Shown here: positions 27,975-37,200 of the stretch, in pieces
Numbering within the stretch: position 1 is the first letter of the stretch
Layout of the letters: each line of letters begins with the position of its first letter
Assembly (NCBI GenBank): GCA_963809375.1
Contig: CAWEJO010000007.1
Location: 108,048-172,047 of the forward strand
Reading direction: 5' to 3'
From: an uncultured Chloroflexia bacterium
Lineage (GTDB): Bacteria; Chloroflexota; Limnocylindria; Limnocylindrales; CSP1-4
DNA: 64,000 nt
Made by a program: the position numbers and the translations under genes
The notes under the pieces: model-generated
Databases searched by the model: none
What the model saw: the letters and a program-made list of their open reading frames with translations, nothing else
What the model was told of the DNA's origin: nothing

Positions 27975-29330
27975 ATGAACCCGCCAGGGGCATCCCTCTC
28001 GACGGCTGGACTGACCGGCCCGCCGGCGTTCCACCTGCTGGCGAAGCCGACCGGCGCGACCTGCAACCTCGACTGCGCGTACTGCTTCTTCCTGTCGAAG
28101 GAGATGCTCTACCCGGGCAGCCGCTTCCGGATGGCGGACGAGCTGCTCGAGACGTACATCCGCCAGCTCATCGAGGCGCACCGGACGCCGCACGTCACCG
28201 TCGCCTGGCAGGGCGGCGAGCCGACGCTCATGGGCGTCGACTTCTTCCGGCGCGCCCATGCCTACGTCGAGAAGTACCGCCGACCCGGGATGCCGATCGA
28301 GTACACGATCCAGACGAACGGGACGCTCATCGACGACGAGCTGGCGGCGCTGTTCAAGGAGCACGACTACCTCGTCGGGATCAGCATCGACGGGCCGCCC
28401 GGCGATGCACGACGCCTACCGCGTGGACCGCGGCGGCGCGCCGACGTCGGAGCGGGTCCTGCGCGGGCTCGAGCTACGCTGCAAGAAGCACGGCGTCGAG
28501 TTCAACACCCTGACGACCCTCCACCGGGCGAACGCCGACCACCCGCTCGAGGTCTACCGCTACCTGCGCGACGACCTCGGCTCGCGCTACATCCAGTTCA
28601 TCCCGATCATCGAGCGGCTGCCGGCGCCGAAGATCGACGTGAGCGCTCGACCAGGTCGGAGCTGTCGCCGGGGCTCGCCCGCGAGGCGCCCTGGCGGTCG
28701 TGGCGCGACCGCCCGCTCTACCGCCAGGAAGGGACCCTGGTCACCGATCGGTCGGTGACCGCGGAGCAGTACGGGTCGCTTCCTCATCGCGGTCTTCGAG
28801 GAATGGGTCCGCCGGGACATCGGCGCGGTCTACGTCCAGATGTTCGACGTCGCCCTGGCCAACTGGCACGGCGAGCCGGGCGGCCTGTGCGTGTTCCAGC
28901 CGACCTGCGGCGGCGCCCTGGCGATGGAGCACAACGGCGACGTCTACTCGTGCGACCACTTCGTCGAGGAGGGCTACAAGCTGGGCAACATCACCGAGAC
29001 GCCGATGGCCGAGCTGGTCGCGTCGCCGGCCCAGCGGAAGTTCGGCCAGGACAAGCTCGACACGCTGCCGCAGTTCTGCCTCGACTGCGACGTCCGCTTC
29101 GCCTGCCACGGCGCCTGCCCCAAGGACCGCTTCATCCGGACGCCGGACGGCGAAGCCGGGCCTCAACTACCTGTGCGCCGGGTACAAGGCGTTCTTCCAC
29201 CACGTCGACGAGCCGATGCGGGCGATGTCGGCGCTCCTCCGCCAGGGCCGGGCGCCGTCGGAGCTGATGGCCGTCTACGCCGCACGCGACGCGGAGATCG
29301 CGGACGGCGGTCGCCACGGCCGGCCGGAAC
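27975..29330 (+). pseudogene. Anaerobic sulfatase-maturating enzyme (radical SAM/SPASM), disrupted by about 4 frameshifts
   Basis: Homologous segments lie in alternating frames. They are: CNLDCAYCFF...ISIDGPP (frame 0, to about 28400); MHDAYRVDRGGAPT...QFIPIIER (frame 1); VTDRSVTAEQYG (frame 0); FLIAVFEEWVRRDIGAVYVQMFDVALANW...YSCDHFV...CLDCDVRFACHGACPKDRF (frame 1); and GLNYLCAGYKAFFHHVDEPM (frame 2). The 3' end is undefined because no stop occurs in the last frame before the next gene. Confidence 0.75.
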
Positions 29331-29419
29331 GATCGCGTGCCCCTGCCGCGCCCGGAGGTGCCACCATTGCCCCGCTGCTGATCGCGTTCGTTGGACCTTC
29401 CCGAAAGGAGCGCCGCCCG

Positions 29420-30100
29420 ATGCCCTGGCACGACCGCCTGGACGTGCTCCGGACGATCCTCGACACGGGGGCGGTCCCGACCTTCTCGGCCCCGGACGCC
29501 GACACCGCGTTCGCGTTCGTGGCCGGCTGCCGGGATGGCGGCGCTCGCGCGATCGAGTTCACGAACCGGGGCGACTTCGCCTATGCCACCTTCGTCGAGC
29601 TCGCCCGGCGGGTCGCCCGCGAGCTGCCCGACACCATCCTTGGAGCTGGCACGATCATCGACGCGCCGACCGCGGCCCTGTTCGTCGCGGCCGGCGCGAG
29701 CTTCGTGGTCGGCCAGTCGTTCTCGCCGGACGTGGCCCGCCTCTGCAACCGCCGGCGCGTTGCGTACATCCCGGGTGCTGGTTCGGCGACCGAGATCGCG
29801 ACCGCCGAGGAGCTCGGCTGCGAGATCGTCAAGCTGTTCCCCGCGGCGGCCTTCGACGGCCCCGCCTTCGTGCGCAGCTTCCTCGCGCCAAGCCCCGCTT
29901 CGCGGCTGATGCCGACGAACGTCCTCGCGACCGAGGAGGCAACCACGGCGTGGTTCGAGGCCGGCGTGGCCTGCGTCGGCGTCGCGGGCCACCTCTACCC
30001 GCAGCAGATGGTCTTGGCCTCGGACCGGACCGCGATCGCCGCCCGGACGAGGACCTACCTCGGCTGGGTCCGCGCCGCCCGCGAGGCTGCCGCGGGCTGA
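29420..30100 (+). CDS. KDPG/KHG (Eda-type) aldolase family protein
   Basis: ATG at 29420 with GAAAGGAG upstream. Family-like motifs AIEFTNRG, GAGTIID, FVVGQSFS, IPGAGSATEI and VKLFPAA. Confidence 0.7.
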   Translation: MPWHDRLDVLRTILDTGAVPTFSAPDADTAFAFVAGCRDGGARAIEFTNRGDFAYATFVELARRVARELPDTILGAGTIIDAPTAALFVAAGASFVVGQSFSPDVARLCNRRRVAYIPGAGSATEIATAEELGCEIVKLFPAAAFDGPAFVRSFLAPSPASRLMPTNVLATEEATTAWFEAGVACVGVAGHLYPQQMVLASDRTAIAARTRTYLGWVRAAREAAAG

Positions 30101-30268
30101 CCGGGGCGGCCTGGGTCCGCGTTCCGCCCTCCGGAGCCCCCGCCGCGACCCTGCCTCCATCCGACGCGCTGCGCCGACCCGGAGCGCTCCGCGCGACAGG
30201 CCCCGGCGACCCTGCCGTCGAGCCTCCGGGTGGCACGGGCCGCAGCCCCGGGTGCCATGATGGCGGGC

Positions 30269-32293
30269 ATGACCGAACCCTTCAGCATCGACCGCATGCT
30301 TGCCCTCCCCCGCCTGTCGTCGCTTCGCCTCAGCCCGGACGGCAGCCGGCTCGTCGTCGCCGTCGGTCGCGTCGCGCCCGACGGCAAGAAGATGGCCACC
30401 TCGCTCTGGCAGGTCGACCCGGAGGGCCGGCTGCCCGCCCGGCGACTCACGCGCTCCGTCGAAGGCGAGGCTGGCGGCGCCGCCTTCCTCCTCGACGGGT
30501 CGCTGCTCTTCACCTCGAGCCGGCCCGATCCGGACGTCAAGCCCGACCCCGATCGCAAGGTGCACGCGCTGTGGGTGCTGCCGCCCGACGCTGGCGAGGC
30601 GCGCATCCTCGCGGCGCCGGAGGGCGGGGTCGACGGCGTCGTGGCCTCCCGCGGCACGCGCGCGATCGCGTTCGGCGTGGCGCTGCACGCAGGAACCGCG
30701 ACCGTCGACGACGACGCCGCCAAGGAGAAGGCCCGCCGGGACGCCGGTGTCGAGGCGCTCCTCTTCGACGACTTTCCGGTCCGCCACTGGGACCACTGGC
30801 TCGGGCCCCGCCGACGCCGGCTCGCCGCGGCCGCCGTCCCGGCCGGCGACGACCGCATCACCGACCAGCGCGACCTCGAGCCCGACGTGCGCGGCTTCAC
30901 GTTCGAGGAGACGGGCTTCGACATCAGCCCCGACGGCCGGACGATCGTTGCGACGCGGCGGGTGCCGGGCACGTTCCCGGAGACCCTCGACGACCTCGTG
31001 GCCTACGACGTGGAGACAGGGGCGGCCAGGCAGCTGACCACAGGCGACGCCGCCTACCACGAGCCGGCGATCTCGCCCGACGGGCGTCACGTGGCGGCAG
31101 TCCGGTACAGCTACGCGACGCCGCAGGAGAGCGAACGGGCGACCCTGGTCCTGGTGGATCTTGCTACCGGGGAGCAGCAGACCCTCGCCCCGGGGATCGA
31201 TCGGCGCCCGGAGCACCCGGTCTGGGGGCCGGACGCATCCTCCCTCTACTTCATCGCGGACGACCTGGGCCATGCCACGGCCTGGCGGGTCGACCTTCCG
31301 TCCGGCGAGACGACCCGCCTGACGGCCAGCGGGGCAGTCTCCGATCTCTGCCCGTCGCCCGACGGCCAGAGCGTGTTCGCGCTGTGCTCGACGGTCGCGA
31401 CGCCACCTCGCGTCGTGCGCTTCGATGCCCGCGCCGCGGACCAGGACCCGGTCGAGCTGCCCAACGGCATCGACGAGGGCGGCATCGTCGCCCCCGCGGT
31501 CGTCGAGCGGGTCAGCGCGACCGCGGCCGACGGAACCGCCATCGGGTCCTGGCTCGCCCTCCCGGCCGGCGCCTCGGCCGACGCGAAGGCGCCCGTGGTG
31601 ATCTTCGTCCATGGTGGGCCCATCGGGTCGTGGACCGGGTGGCACTGGCGCTGGAACCCCCACGTCCTCGTCGCGCACGGCTTCGCCGTCCTGATGCCCG
31701 ATCCGGCGCTCTCGACGGGCTATGGACAGGCGATGCTCGATCGAGGCTGGGGCCAGTGGGGCGGCACCCCGTTCACCGACGTCATGGCCGCGGTCGATGC
31801 CGTCCTCGAGCGGCCGGAGGTCGACGCAGACCGGGTTGCCCTGATGGGCGGGTCGTACGGCGGCTACATGGCCAACTGGGTGGCCGGGCAGACCGACCGC
31901 TTCCGCTGCATCGTCACCCATGCCTCGCTCTGGGAGCTGCTCGGGTTCCACGGCACGACCGATCACGGGCCGGCATGGGAGCACGAGATGGGGGACCCCT
32001 ACGCGGATCCCGCCGCCTACCTGCGCTTCTCGCCGCGCGAGCACCTTGCGAACATCCGCACCCCGATGCTCGTCATCCACGGTGAGCGCGACCACCGGGT
32101 CCCCATCTCCGAGGCCCTGATCCTGTGGACCGACCTGCGGCGGATGGGCGTTCCCGGCCGCTTTCTCTACTTCCCCGACGAGAACCACTGGATCCTGAAG
32201 CCGCAGAACGCGCGCGTGTGGTACGCGACGGTGCTCGCCTTCCTCGACGAGCACCTCAACGGCATCCCGTTCGAGCGGCCCGAGCTGCTGTAG
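30269..32293 (+). CDS. S9-family serine peptidase (prolyl oligopeptidase/acylaminoacyl-peptidase type)
   Basis: N-terminal beta-propeller-like region (LSPDGSRLVVAV, ISPDGRHVAAV, PSPDGQSVFAL). C-terminal alpha/beta hydrolase with nucleophile GGSYGGYMANW and IHGERDHRVP. The start is uncertain (30230, 30257 or 30269). Confidence 0.85.
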   Translation: MTEPFSIDRMLALPRLSSLRLSPDGSRLVVAVGRVAPDGKKMATSLWQVDPEGRLPARRLTRSVEGEAGGAAFLLDGSLLFTSSRPDPDVKPDPDRKVHALWVLPPDAGEARILAAPEGGVDGVVASRGTRAIAFGVALHAGTATVDDDAAKEKARRDAGVEALLFDDFPVRHWDHWLGPRRRRLAAAAVPAGDDRITDQRDLEPDVRGFTFEETGFDISPDGRTIVATRRVPGTFPETLDDLVAYDVETGAARQLTTGDAAYHEPAISPDGRHVAAVRYSYATPQESERATLVLVDLATGEQQTLAPGIDRRPEHPVWGPDASSLYFIADDLGHATAWRVDLPSGETTRLTASGAVSDLCPSPDGQSVFALCSTVATPPRVVRFDARAADQDPVELPNGIDEGGIVAPAVVERVSATAADGTAIGSWLALPAGASADAKAPVVIFVHGGPIGSWTGWHWRWNPHVLVAHGFAVLMPDPALSTGYGQAMLDRGWGQWGGTPFTDVMAAVDAVLERPEVDADRVALMGGSYGGYMANWVAGQTDRFRCIVTHASLWELLGFHGTTDHGPAWEHEMGDPYADPAAYLRFSPREHLANIRTPMLVIHGERDHRVPISEALILWTDLRRMGVPGRFLYFPDENHWILKPQNARVWYATVLAFLDEHLNGIPFERPELL

Positions 32294-32340
32294 CCGCTCC
32301 GCCGCCCGAGCGGTCGGGCCGGCGCGGCAAGCGGGCGGGA

Positions 32341-32988
32341 TCAGAGGGGAAGCGGCGCCCCCTCCAGCGGCGTCCCGAGCCGGGTATCGACCCGGTCCGG
32401 GTGGGCGGCCTCGAAGGCGCGGATCTCGGGGAGCTTGGCCTGGACGTACCCGATCTCGTCGGTGCCCGCCAGGAGGATCCGCTTCGAGAACGGGTCGATC
32501 TCGAAGGCGAGCGTCGAGCCGTCGGGCAGGAGGATCCCCTGCTCGGAGAGGTCGACCGTCAGCGCCGCGTCGGGGTCGGCCTCGACCATCGCGAAGAGGC
32601 GCGCGTGCACCTCGGGCGCCACGACGATCGGCAGGACCCCGTTCTTGAGGGCATTGCCCCGGAAGATGTCGGCGAACGACGTGGAGAGGATCGCCCGGAT
32701 GCCCCAGGCCGCGAGCGCCCACGGGGCGTGCTCTCGCGACGAGCCCGTCCCGAAGTTGTCCCCGACGAGGAGCACGTTTCGGCCGGACATCCCCGGTTGG
32801 TCGAGGACGAAGCGCGGCTCCCGCAGCGTGCCGTCCTCGTTGAACCGCCAGTCGCGGAAGAGCGCGTCCGCGAGGCCGGCCTTGTCGGTCACCTTGAGAT
32901 AGCGGGCCGGGACGATCTGGTCCGTGTCGACGTTCTCGGCCGCGAGGGGCACGATCCGGGAGGTGAACTGGCGGTACGGCTCGGCCAT
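32341..32988 (-). CDS. leuD: 3-isopropylmalate dehydratase small subunit
   Basis: 215 aa with ENVDTDQIVPARYLK and GDNFGTGSSREHAPWAL. It lies 4 nt downstream of leuC. Confidence 0.95.
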   Translation of the reverse strand: MAEPYRQFTSRIVPLAAENVDTDQIVPARYLKVTDKAGLADALFRDWRFNEDGTLREPRFVLDQPGMSGRNVLLVGDNFGTGSSREHAPWALAAWGIRAILSTSFADIFRGNALKNGVLPIVVAPEVHARLFAMVEADPDAALTVDLSEQGILLPDGSTLAFEIDPFSKRILLAGTDEIGYVQAKLPEIRAFEAAHPDRVDTRLGTPLEGAPLPL

Positions 32989-32992
32989 GCCG

Positions 32993-34441
32993 CTAGCTCC
33001 CGCCGCCGACGACCGCCGGCCGTTCGACGCCCGGCAGCGTCCGCGGGTCGGTCACGACGCCCGCGATCGCGCTCGCGACGGCGGTGAGCGGCGAGGCGAG
33101 CAACGTCCTCCCGCCCTTCCCCTGGCGCCCCTCGAAGTTCCGGTTGCTCGTGCTCACCGCGAACTGCCCGGGCGTGAGCTGGTCGCCGTTCATGGCGATG
33201 CACATCGAGCAGCCCGACTCGCGCCACTCGGCCCCGGCCGCCCGGAAGATCTCATGGAGGCCCTCGCGCTCCGCCTGGGCCTTCACCTGCTGGCTGCCGG
33301 GCACGACCATCAGGCGGACGCCCGCGGCGGCGTGGCGACCCCGGATCGCCTCCGCTGCCTGGCGCAGGTCGCTGATCCGGCTGTTGGTGCACGATCCGAT
33401 GAAGACGACGTCGACCTTCTGGCCCGCGATCGGCTGGCCGGCCGCCAGGCCCATGTACTCGATCGCGTGCTCGAGGCCGCGCCGGGCCTGGGGATCGGCT
33501 GCAGCGGCAGGGTCCGGCACCGTTCCCGAGACCGGGATGCCCATCCCCGGGTTCGTGCCCCAGGTGATCATCGGCTCGAGGGAGCCGGCGTCGACGACGA
33601 TCGTCCTGTCGAACGTGGCCCCGTCGTCGGTCGGGAGCGTCCTCCAGCGGGCGACGGCCGCGTCCCACGCCGCGCCCTGGGGCGCGTGGCGGCGTCCGCG
33701 GATGTACTCGAAGGTCGTGTCGTCCGGCGCGACCAGCCCGGCCCTCGCCCCGCCCTCGATCGACATGTTGCAGACGGTCATCCGCTCCTCCATCGAGAGC
33801 GCCCGGATCGCCTCGCCGCGGTACTCGAAGACATGGCCGGTGCCGCCGCCGATCCCGATCTCGGCGATCAGGGCCAGGATGACGTCCTTGGCGCCGACAC
33901 CGGGCCGCAGCCGCCCGTCGACGCGCACCTCGCAGGTCTTCGGCCGGCGCTGGAGGAGCGTCTGGGTGGCAAGGACCATCTCCACCTCGCTGGTCCCGAT
34001 CCCGAACGCGAGCGCCCCGAAGGCGCCATGGGTCGCCGTGTGCGAGTCGCCGCAGACGATCGTCATGCCCGGCTGGGTGAGCCCGAGCTCCGGCCCGATC
34101 ACGTGGACGATGCCCTGGGTGTCCGACCCGTAGGCGTGGATCGGGATGCCGAAGTCACGGCAGTTGGCCTCGAGCATGGCGACCTGGCTGGCCGCCATGG
34201 CATCGATGATCGGCAGGCCGCGCGGCGTGGTCGGCGTCGAGTGATCGGCCGTCGCCACGGTCCGGTCGGGACGTCGGACGGGGACGCCCCGGGCGCGCAG
34301 CCCGGTGAATGCCTGCGGGCTGGTGACCTCGTGGACGAGGTGGAGGTCGATCGCGAGGACGGCGGGGGCGCCTTCGTCCTGGGTCACGACATGGTCGTCC
34401 CAGATCTTCTCGACCAGGGTGCGCGGGCGGTGATCGGACAC
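32993..34441 (-). CDS. leuC: 3-isopropylmalate dehydratase large subunit
   Basis: [13 protein letters not shown]-terminus and aconitase-family Cys motifs ([20 protein letters not shown]). Start chosen at GTG 34441 with GGAG 7 nt upstream; the track start at 34615 is probably an extension. Confidence 0.95.
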   Translation of the reverse strand: MSDHRPRTLVEKIWDDHVVTQDEGAPAVLAIDLHLVHEVTSPQAFTGLRARGVPVRRPDRTVATADHSTPTTPRGLPIIDAMAASQVAMLEANCRDFGIPIHAYGSDTQGIVHVIGPELGLTQPGMTIVCGDSHTATHGAFGALAFGIGTSEVEMVLATQTLLQRRPKTCEVRVDGRLRPGVGAKDVILALIAEIGIGGGTGHVFEYRGEAIRALSMEERMTVCNMSIEGGARAGLVAPDDTTFEYIRGRRHAPQGAAWDAAVARWRTLPTDDGATFDRTIVVDAGSLEPMITWGTNPGMGIPVSGTVPDPAAAADPQARRGLEHAIEYMGLAAGQPIAGQKVDVVFIGSCTNSRISDLRQAAEAIRGRHAAAGVRLMVVPGSQQVKAQAEREGLHEIFRAAGAEWRESGCSMCIAMNGDQLTPGQFAVSTSNRNFEGRQGKGGRTLLASPLTAVASAIAGVVTDPRTLPGVERPAVVGGGS

Positions 34442-34635
34442 GGCGGGGCTCCGGGGTGCGTGCGTCTCGGAAGCCGAAGGGTAGCAGAGGGTGCCGCGCC
34501 CGCACCTGCGCCCGCGCCTGCGCCTGTCCGCACCTGCGCCTGCACCGGCACCGGCATGGCCCGCACCGACGGCGCGCGGGCGACGGGGCGGCCCGACGCA
34601 AGCGGCCGGAACCACAGGCCGGAGACGCCCGGCCG

Positions 34636-36099
34636 TCAGCGCCCCGCGAGCACCGGGCTGTCGGCCAGGGCCGTCACGACGTCGCCGAGCGATGCGGACA
34701 GGATCCGGGCGAGCGGCAGGTCGACGTTCCTGAGGTCGTCGCAGGCGCGGTGGTAGCAGGGGTCCGCGGCAAGGCCCGGCGTCCCGCCGGCGGCCGCCTC
34801 AGCCGGCGTCACGGCCTCCGAGGCCCCGGAGAAGACGCCCCCGATGGCGATCCCGGCCTGGTCAAATGGCCAGTGGTCCGACGAGGCACCCAAGGCGACG
34901 TCGACCGGGGCTCCGCCGGCCCGCCGGACGGCGGCCGCGAGGAGGTCGTGGATCCCGTCCGAGCCAACCGTCGGGGAGGCTTCGTGATACACGCCCGCGA
35001 AGCCGTTCGGGGAGCCGATCATGTCCGCGTTGAGGTAGGCGATGATCGCCTGCCGCTCGACGTCCGAGCGGGTCCGCACGTAGCGCGACGATCCGTGCAA
35101 CCCGAGCTCCTCGCCGCTCCAGAACGCGAGCCGGATGGTCGCGACCGGGCGTGTGCCGGCGAGCGCCCGGGCGATCTCGAGCAGCGCGGCGACGCCCGAC
35201 CCGTCGTCGTTGATGCCGGGGCCGTCGACGACCGAATCGAGGTGCGCACCGAGCATCACGACCGACGCGGGGTCGCTGCCCGGCAGCTCGGCGATGATCG
35301 ACGGGCTCGGCGTCGACGCCGTGTGGGCGTGGGTCGTGAGGCGGGCCGTCCCGCCGGCCGCGGCGATGGCGGCCAGCGCCTGGGAGGCGGGCAGCGACGC
35401 CGCCGCGGCCGGGATCTCGAGGCCGTGTGGATCGATCAACGTCGGGCGCAGGACGGCGCCGGACCCGGCCGCCATCACCGCCACGAATGCGCTCGCTCCG
35501 GCCTGCTGCGCGGCGAGGACCGCGTCGCGCCGGTAGCAGGGCCCCGACCGGACGAGCACGACCGCATGGGCCGGCAGCGTCCCGTAGTGGGTGGCGAGGC
35601 AGCCGCTCCCCGTGCCCGGAGCGCCGTGGGGATCCGCGTCGATCGCCACGACCGGGCCCTCGACCGTCCCGGGCGGAGCGAAGATGAGGGGGACGACGTC
35701 GGCGACCCCGAACCTCCGTCCGCCGGCCTCGAGGGACGACGAGCCGTCATCGACGAACGCGACGTCCGTCCACGCGTCCTCGGTCACCGTCCAGCCGGCC
35801 GTCTGGAGGATCGACTCGACGCGCGCTGCGGCGGCCGCGTAGCCCGGCGTGCCGGCGGCCCGGTAGCCGGGGTTCGGCGTGGTCGCGTCGGCGAGCTCGT
35901 GCAGGCGGTCGCGCAGCCCGCCTTCCGTGATGGCGGCGGCGACGGCGCGCGGATCCGGGCGCGGCGCCTCGGTCCCCGCCGGCTGGCCGCAGGCCCCGGC
36001 GAGCGTCATGGCGGCGAGCGCGAGGACTGTTGCGATGGAGCGCCGGCGGCCGCGCCGGACTCTCGGCGGGGACGCCCGGGCCGCGGCTCGCGATGCCAT
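34636..36099 (-). CDS. M28-family aminopeptidase, predicted lipoprotein
   Basis: Lipobox LAGAC after a basic N-terminus. M28 zinc motifs [25 protein letters not shown] and [12 protein letters not shown]. Confidence 0.85.
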   Translation of the reverse strand: MASRAAARASPPRVRRGRRRSIATVLALAAMTLAGACGQPAGTEAPRPDPRAVAAAITEGGLRDRLHELADATTPNPGYRAAGTPGYAAAAARVESILQTAGWTVTEDAWTDVAFVDDGSSSLEAGGRRFGVADVVPLIFAPPGTVEGPVVAIDADPHGAPGTGSGCLATHYGTLPAHAVVLVRSGPCYRRDAVLAAQQAGASAFVAVMAAGSGAVLRPTLIDPHGLEIPAAAASLPASQALAAIAAAGGTARLTTHAHTASTPSPSIIAELPGSDPASVVMLGAHLDSVVDGPGINDDGSGVAALLEIARALAGTRPVATIRLAFWSGEELGLHGSSRYVRTRSDVERQAIIAYLNADMIGSPNGFAGVYHEASPTVGSDGIHDLLAAAVRRAGGAPVDVALGASSDHWPFDQAGIAIGGVFSGASEAVTPAEAAAGGTPGLAADPCYHRACDDLRNVDLPLARILSASLGDVVTALADSPVLAGR

Positions 36100-36246
36100 T
36101 GCTTCATCGTAGCGACGGCGACGGCGCGGACACGGGCCGGGGCACGAGCCGGACGCGCCCGCCGTTCGCTCGTCCGCCGCCGCTCGGCCCGGCGACGCAT
36201 GCTCGCGTCGCGCCCCGTCCGCCGAGTCGCGCGGCCCGGGAATCGG

Positions 36247-36275
36247 AACGGCCGCCGGTCAGACCGACGGCCGTT
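36247..36275 (-). terminator. Strong hairpin downstream of small-ORF pair 1 (candidate terminator)
   Basis: AACGGCCGCCGGT-cag-ACCGACGGCCGTT gives a 13-bp stem with one mismatch. It lies 36 nt after the B1 stop. The minus-strand tail has only a short U run (CCGAUU). Confidence 0.4.
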
Positions 36276-36310
36276 GCGGATGCATGACGCTCACCCGGTC
36301 GAATCCCGGG

Positions 36311-36409
36311 TCAGTGCCACCGCTGCCCGGCCTCCAGCACGAAGGCGGAGGAGGCGAGGGCAGTGAGTGCGAAGAGGATCCGGAACGCGCTGACACGAAG
36401 CTGCTTCAT
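36311..36409 (-). CDS. Small hydrophobic protein B1 (32 aa): MKQLRVSAFRILFALTALASSAFVLEAGQRWH
   Basis: Hand-translated; too short for the ORF track. The ATG is 1 nt after the A1 stop (TGAcATG). It is a paralogue of B2, sharing F.R.L.ALT......VL.AGQRW-aromatic. Confidence 0.55.
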   Translation of the reverse strand: MKQLRVSAFRILFALTALASSAFVLEAGQRWH

Positions 36410-36410
36410 G

Positions 36411-36500
36411 TCAGTACCAACGGATCCCGGCACCCAGGGCGAGAGCGAGCGAGGCAAGCACCATCACGACAGTGGTGAAGCGCGCCAGGAACAGCTTCAC
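36411..36500 (-). CDS. Small hydrophobic protein A1 (29 aa): VKLFLARFTTVVMVLASLALALGAGIRWY
   Basis: Hand-translated. GTG start with GAGAGG 9 nt upstream, directly downstream of riboswitch 1. It is a close paralogue of A2, and many differences between them are synonymous (Leu, Gly and Arg codons). Confidence 0.6.
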   Translation of the reverse strand: MKLFLARFTTVVMVLASLALALGAGIRWY

Positions 36501-36535
36501 GGTTGGGAACCTCTCAGAAGGCGTGGCGCCCGCTT

Positions 36536-36622
36536 CCCTGGCAACCGGGCGTTCTCCAGCCGGCCGGACCGGAGACCCCTGGCTTTGCGTCCCCGCCTCA
36601 CGGCGGGTTTGCCCCTGGCAGG
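36536..36622 (-). promoter_or_regulatory. c-di-GMP-I (GEMM-I) riboswitch aptamer, copy 1
   Basis: Minus-strand RNA: CCUGCCAGGGGCAAACCCGCCGUGAGGCGGGGACGCAAAGCCAGGGGUCUCCGGUCCGGCCGGCUGGAGAACGCCCGGUUGCCAGGG. It contains the GEMM-I blocks CAGGGGCAAACC, a hairpin with a GNRA loop (GUGA), and GGGACGCAAAGCC. Confidence 0.75.
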
Positions 36623-36657
36623 TCGACGGGCGAAGGACGGAAGGTCCATCAGCGCGG

Positions 36658-36663
36658 ACGCTA
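36658..36663 (-). promoter_or_regulatory. Candidate -10 hexamer TAGCGT for riboswitch unit 1
   Basis: TAnnnT-type hexamer exactly 35 nt upstream of the conserved CCUGCCAGGGG. The same hexamer occurs at the same distance in unit 2, although the flanking sequence has diverged. Confidence 0.3.
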
Positions 36664-36807
36664 CAGTCGGTCGGCTGGTCGCGCCATGGTACTAATCGGT
36701 AGTTCGGGGGAGCCACCTCGGGTGATGTGCACCCGCGCACCGGCGCCTCGGGCTCGGGGTTCTCCCTGAGCCGGGCATCGTCGCGTCCCGTGGCATGGCC
36801 GGAAATC

Positions 36808-36839
36808 GCTGGAGGCCACCGACGACGGTGGCCTCCAGC
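36808..36839 (-). terminator. Perfect 13-bp hairpin downstream of small-ORF pair 2 (candidate terminator)
   Basis: GCTGGAGGCCACC-gacgac-GGTGGCCTCCAGC, 35 nt after the B2 stop. The minus-strand tail is GAUUUCC. Confidence 0.5.
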
Positions 36840-36873
36840 TTGTCGTGCGAGATGTCCGGGACAGACCCCCGGC

Positions 36874-36999
36874 TCAGAACCATCGCTGCCCGGCAGCGAG
36901 CACGTAGACCACGCTCGTCAGGGCTGCGAGCGTCCGGGCGAACCCGGCGATCGGGGAGCCCCACGCGCGCTTCGTCGCACTCGTGGACCGCGGCGCCAT
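36874..36999 (-). CDS. Small hydrophobic protein B2 (41 aa): MAPRSTSATKRAWGSPIAGFARTLAALTSVVYVLAAGQRWF
   Basis: Hand-translated. The ATG is 16 nt after the A2 stop. It shares its C-terminal half with B1 and ends in the same AGQRW-aromatic-stop motif. Confidence 0.55.
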   Translation of the reverse strand: MAPRSTSATKRAWGSPIAGFARTLAALTSVVYVLAAGQRWF

Positions 37000-37015
37000 C
37001 GTTCGAACCCCGGGC

Positions 37016-37168
37016 CTAGGGGACGATGCTCAGATCGACACTGCCCGGATCGACACCCCCGACGACGGACGCGGCCATCGCGCACCAGCGGATGCCGGCC
37101 CCGAGCGTCAGCGAAAGTGCGGCCAGGATCATCACGACCGAGGTGAAGCGCACCAGGATCTGCTTCAC
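37016..37168 (-). CDS. Small hydrophobic protein A2 (50 aa): VKQILVRFTSVVMILAALSLTLGAGIRWCAMAASVVGGVDPGSVDLSIVP
   Basis: Hand-translated. GTG start with GAGAGG 6 nt upstream, directly downstream of riboswitch 2. The first 29 residues align with A1; it reads through the position of the A1 stop. Confidence 0.6.
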   Translation of the reverse strand: MKQILVRFTSVVMILAALSLTLGAGIRWCAMAASVVGGVDPGSVDLSIVP

Positions 37169-37200
37169 TACGAACCTCTCTGCGTTCGAGGACCCGTCGC

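Noticed and set aside
34442-34635. GC-rich hexanucleotide-like repeats (GCACCTGCGCC variants) upstream of leuC. They encode an Ala/Gly-rich mini-ORF on the minus strand and were considered as a leucine leader peptide or attenuator.
   Set aside because: The ORF has no Leu run and no U-tailed terminator precedes leuC. Only a GGCCGG..CCGGCC hairpin follows the upstream M28 gene. There is not enough evidence for a regulatory element.
36995-37015. CGTTCGAACCCC resembles a tRNA T-arm/T-loop.
   Set aside because: No acceptor stem, anticodon arm or D-arm can be built around it. It is the short spacer between sORFs A2 and B2.
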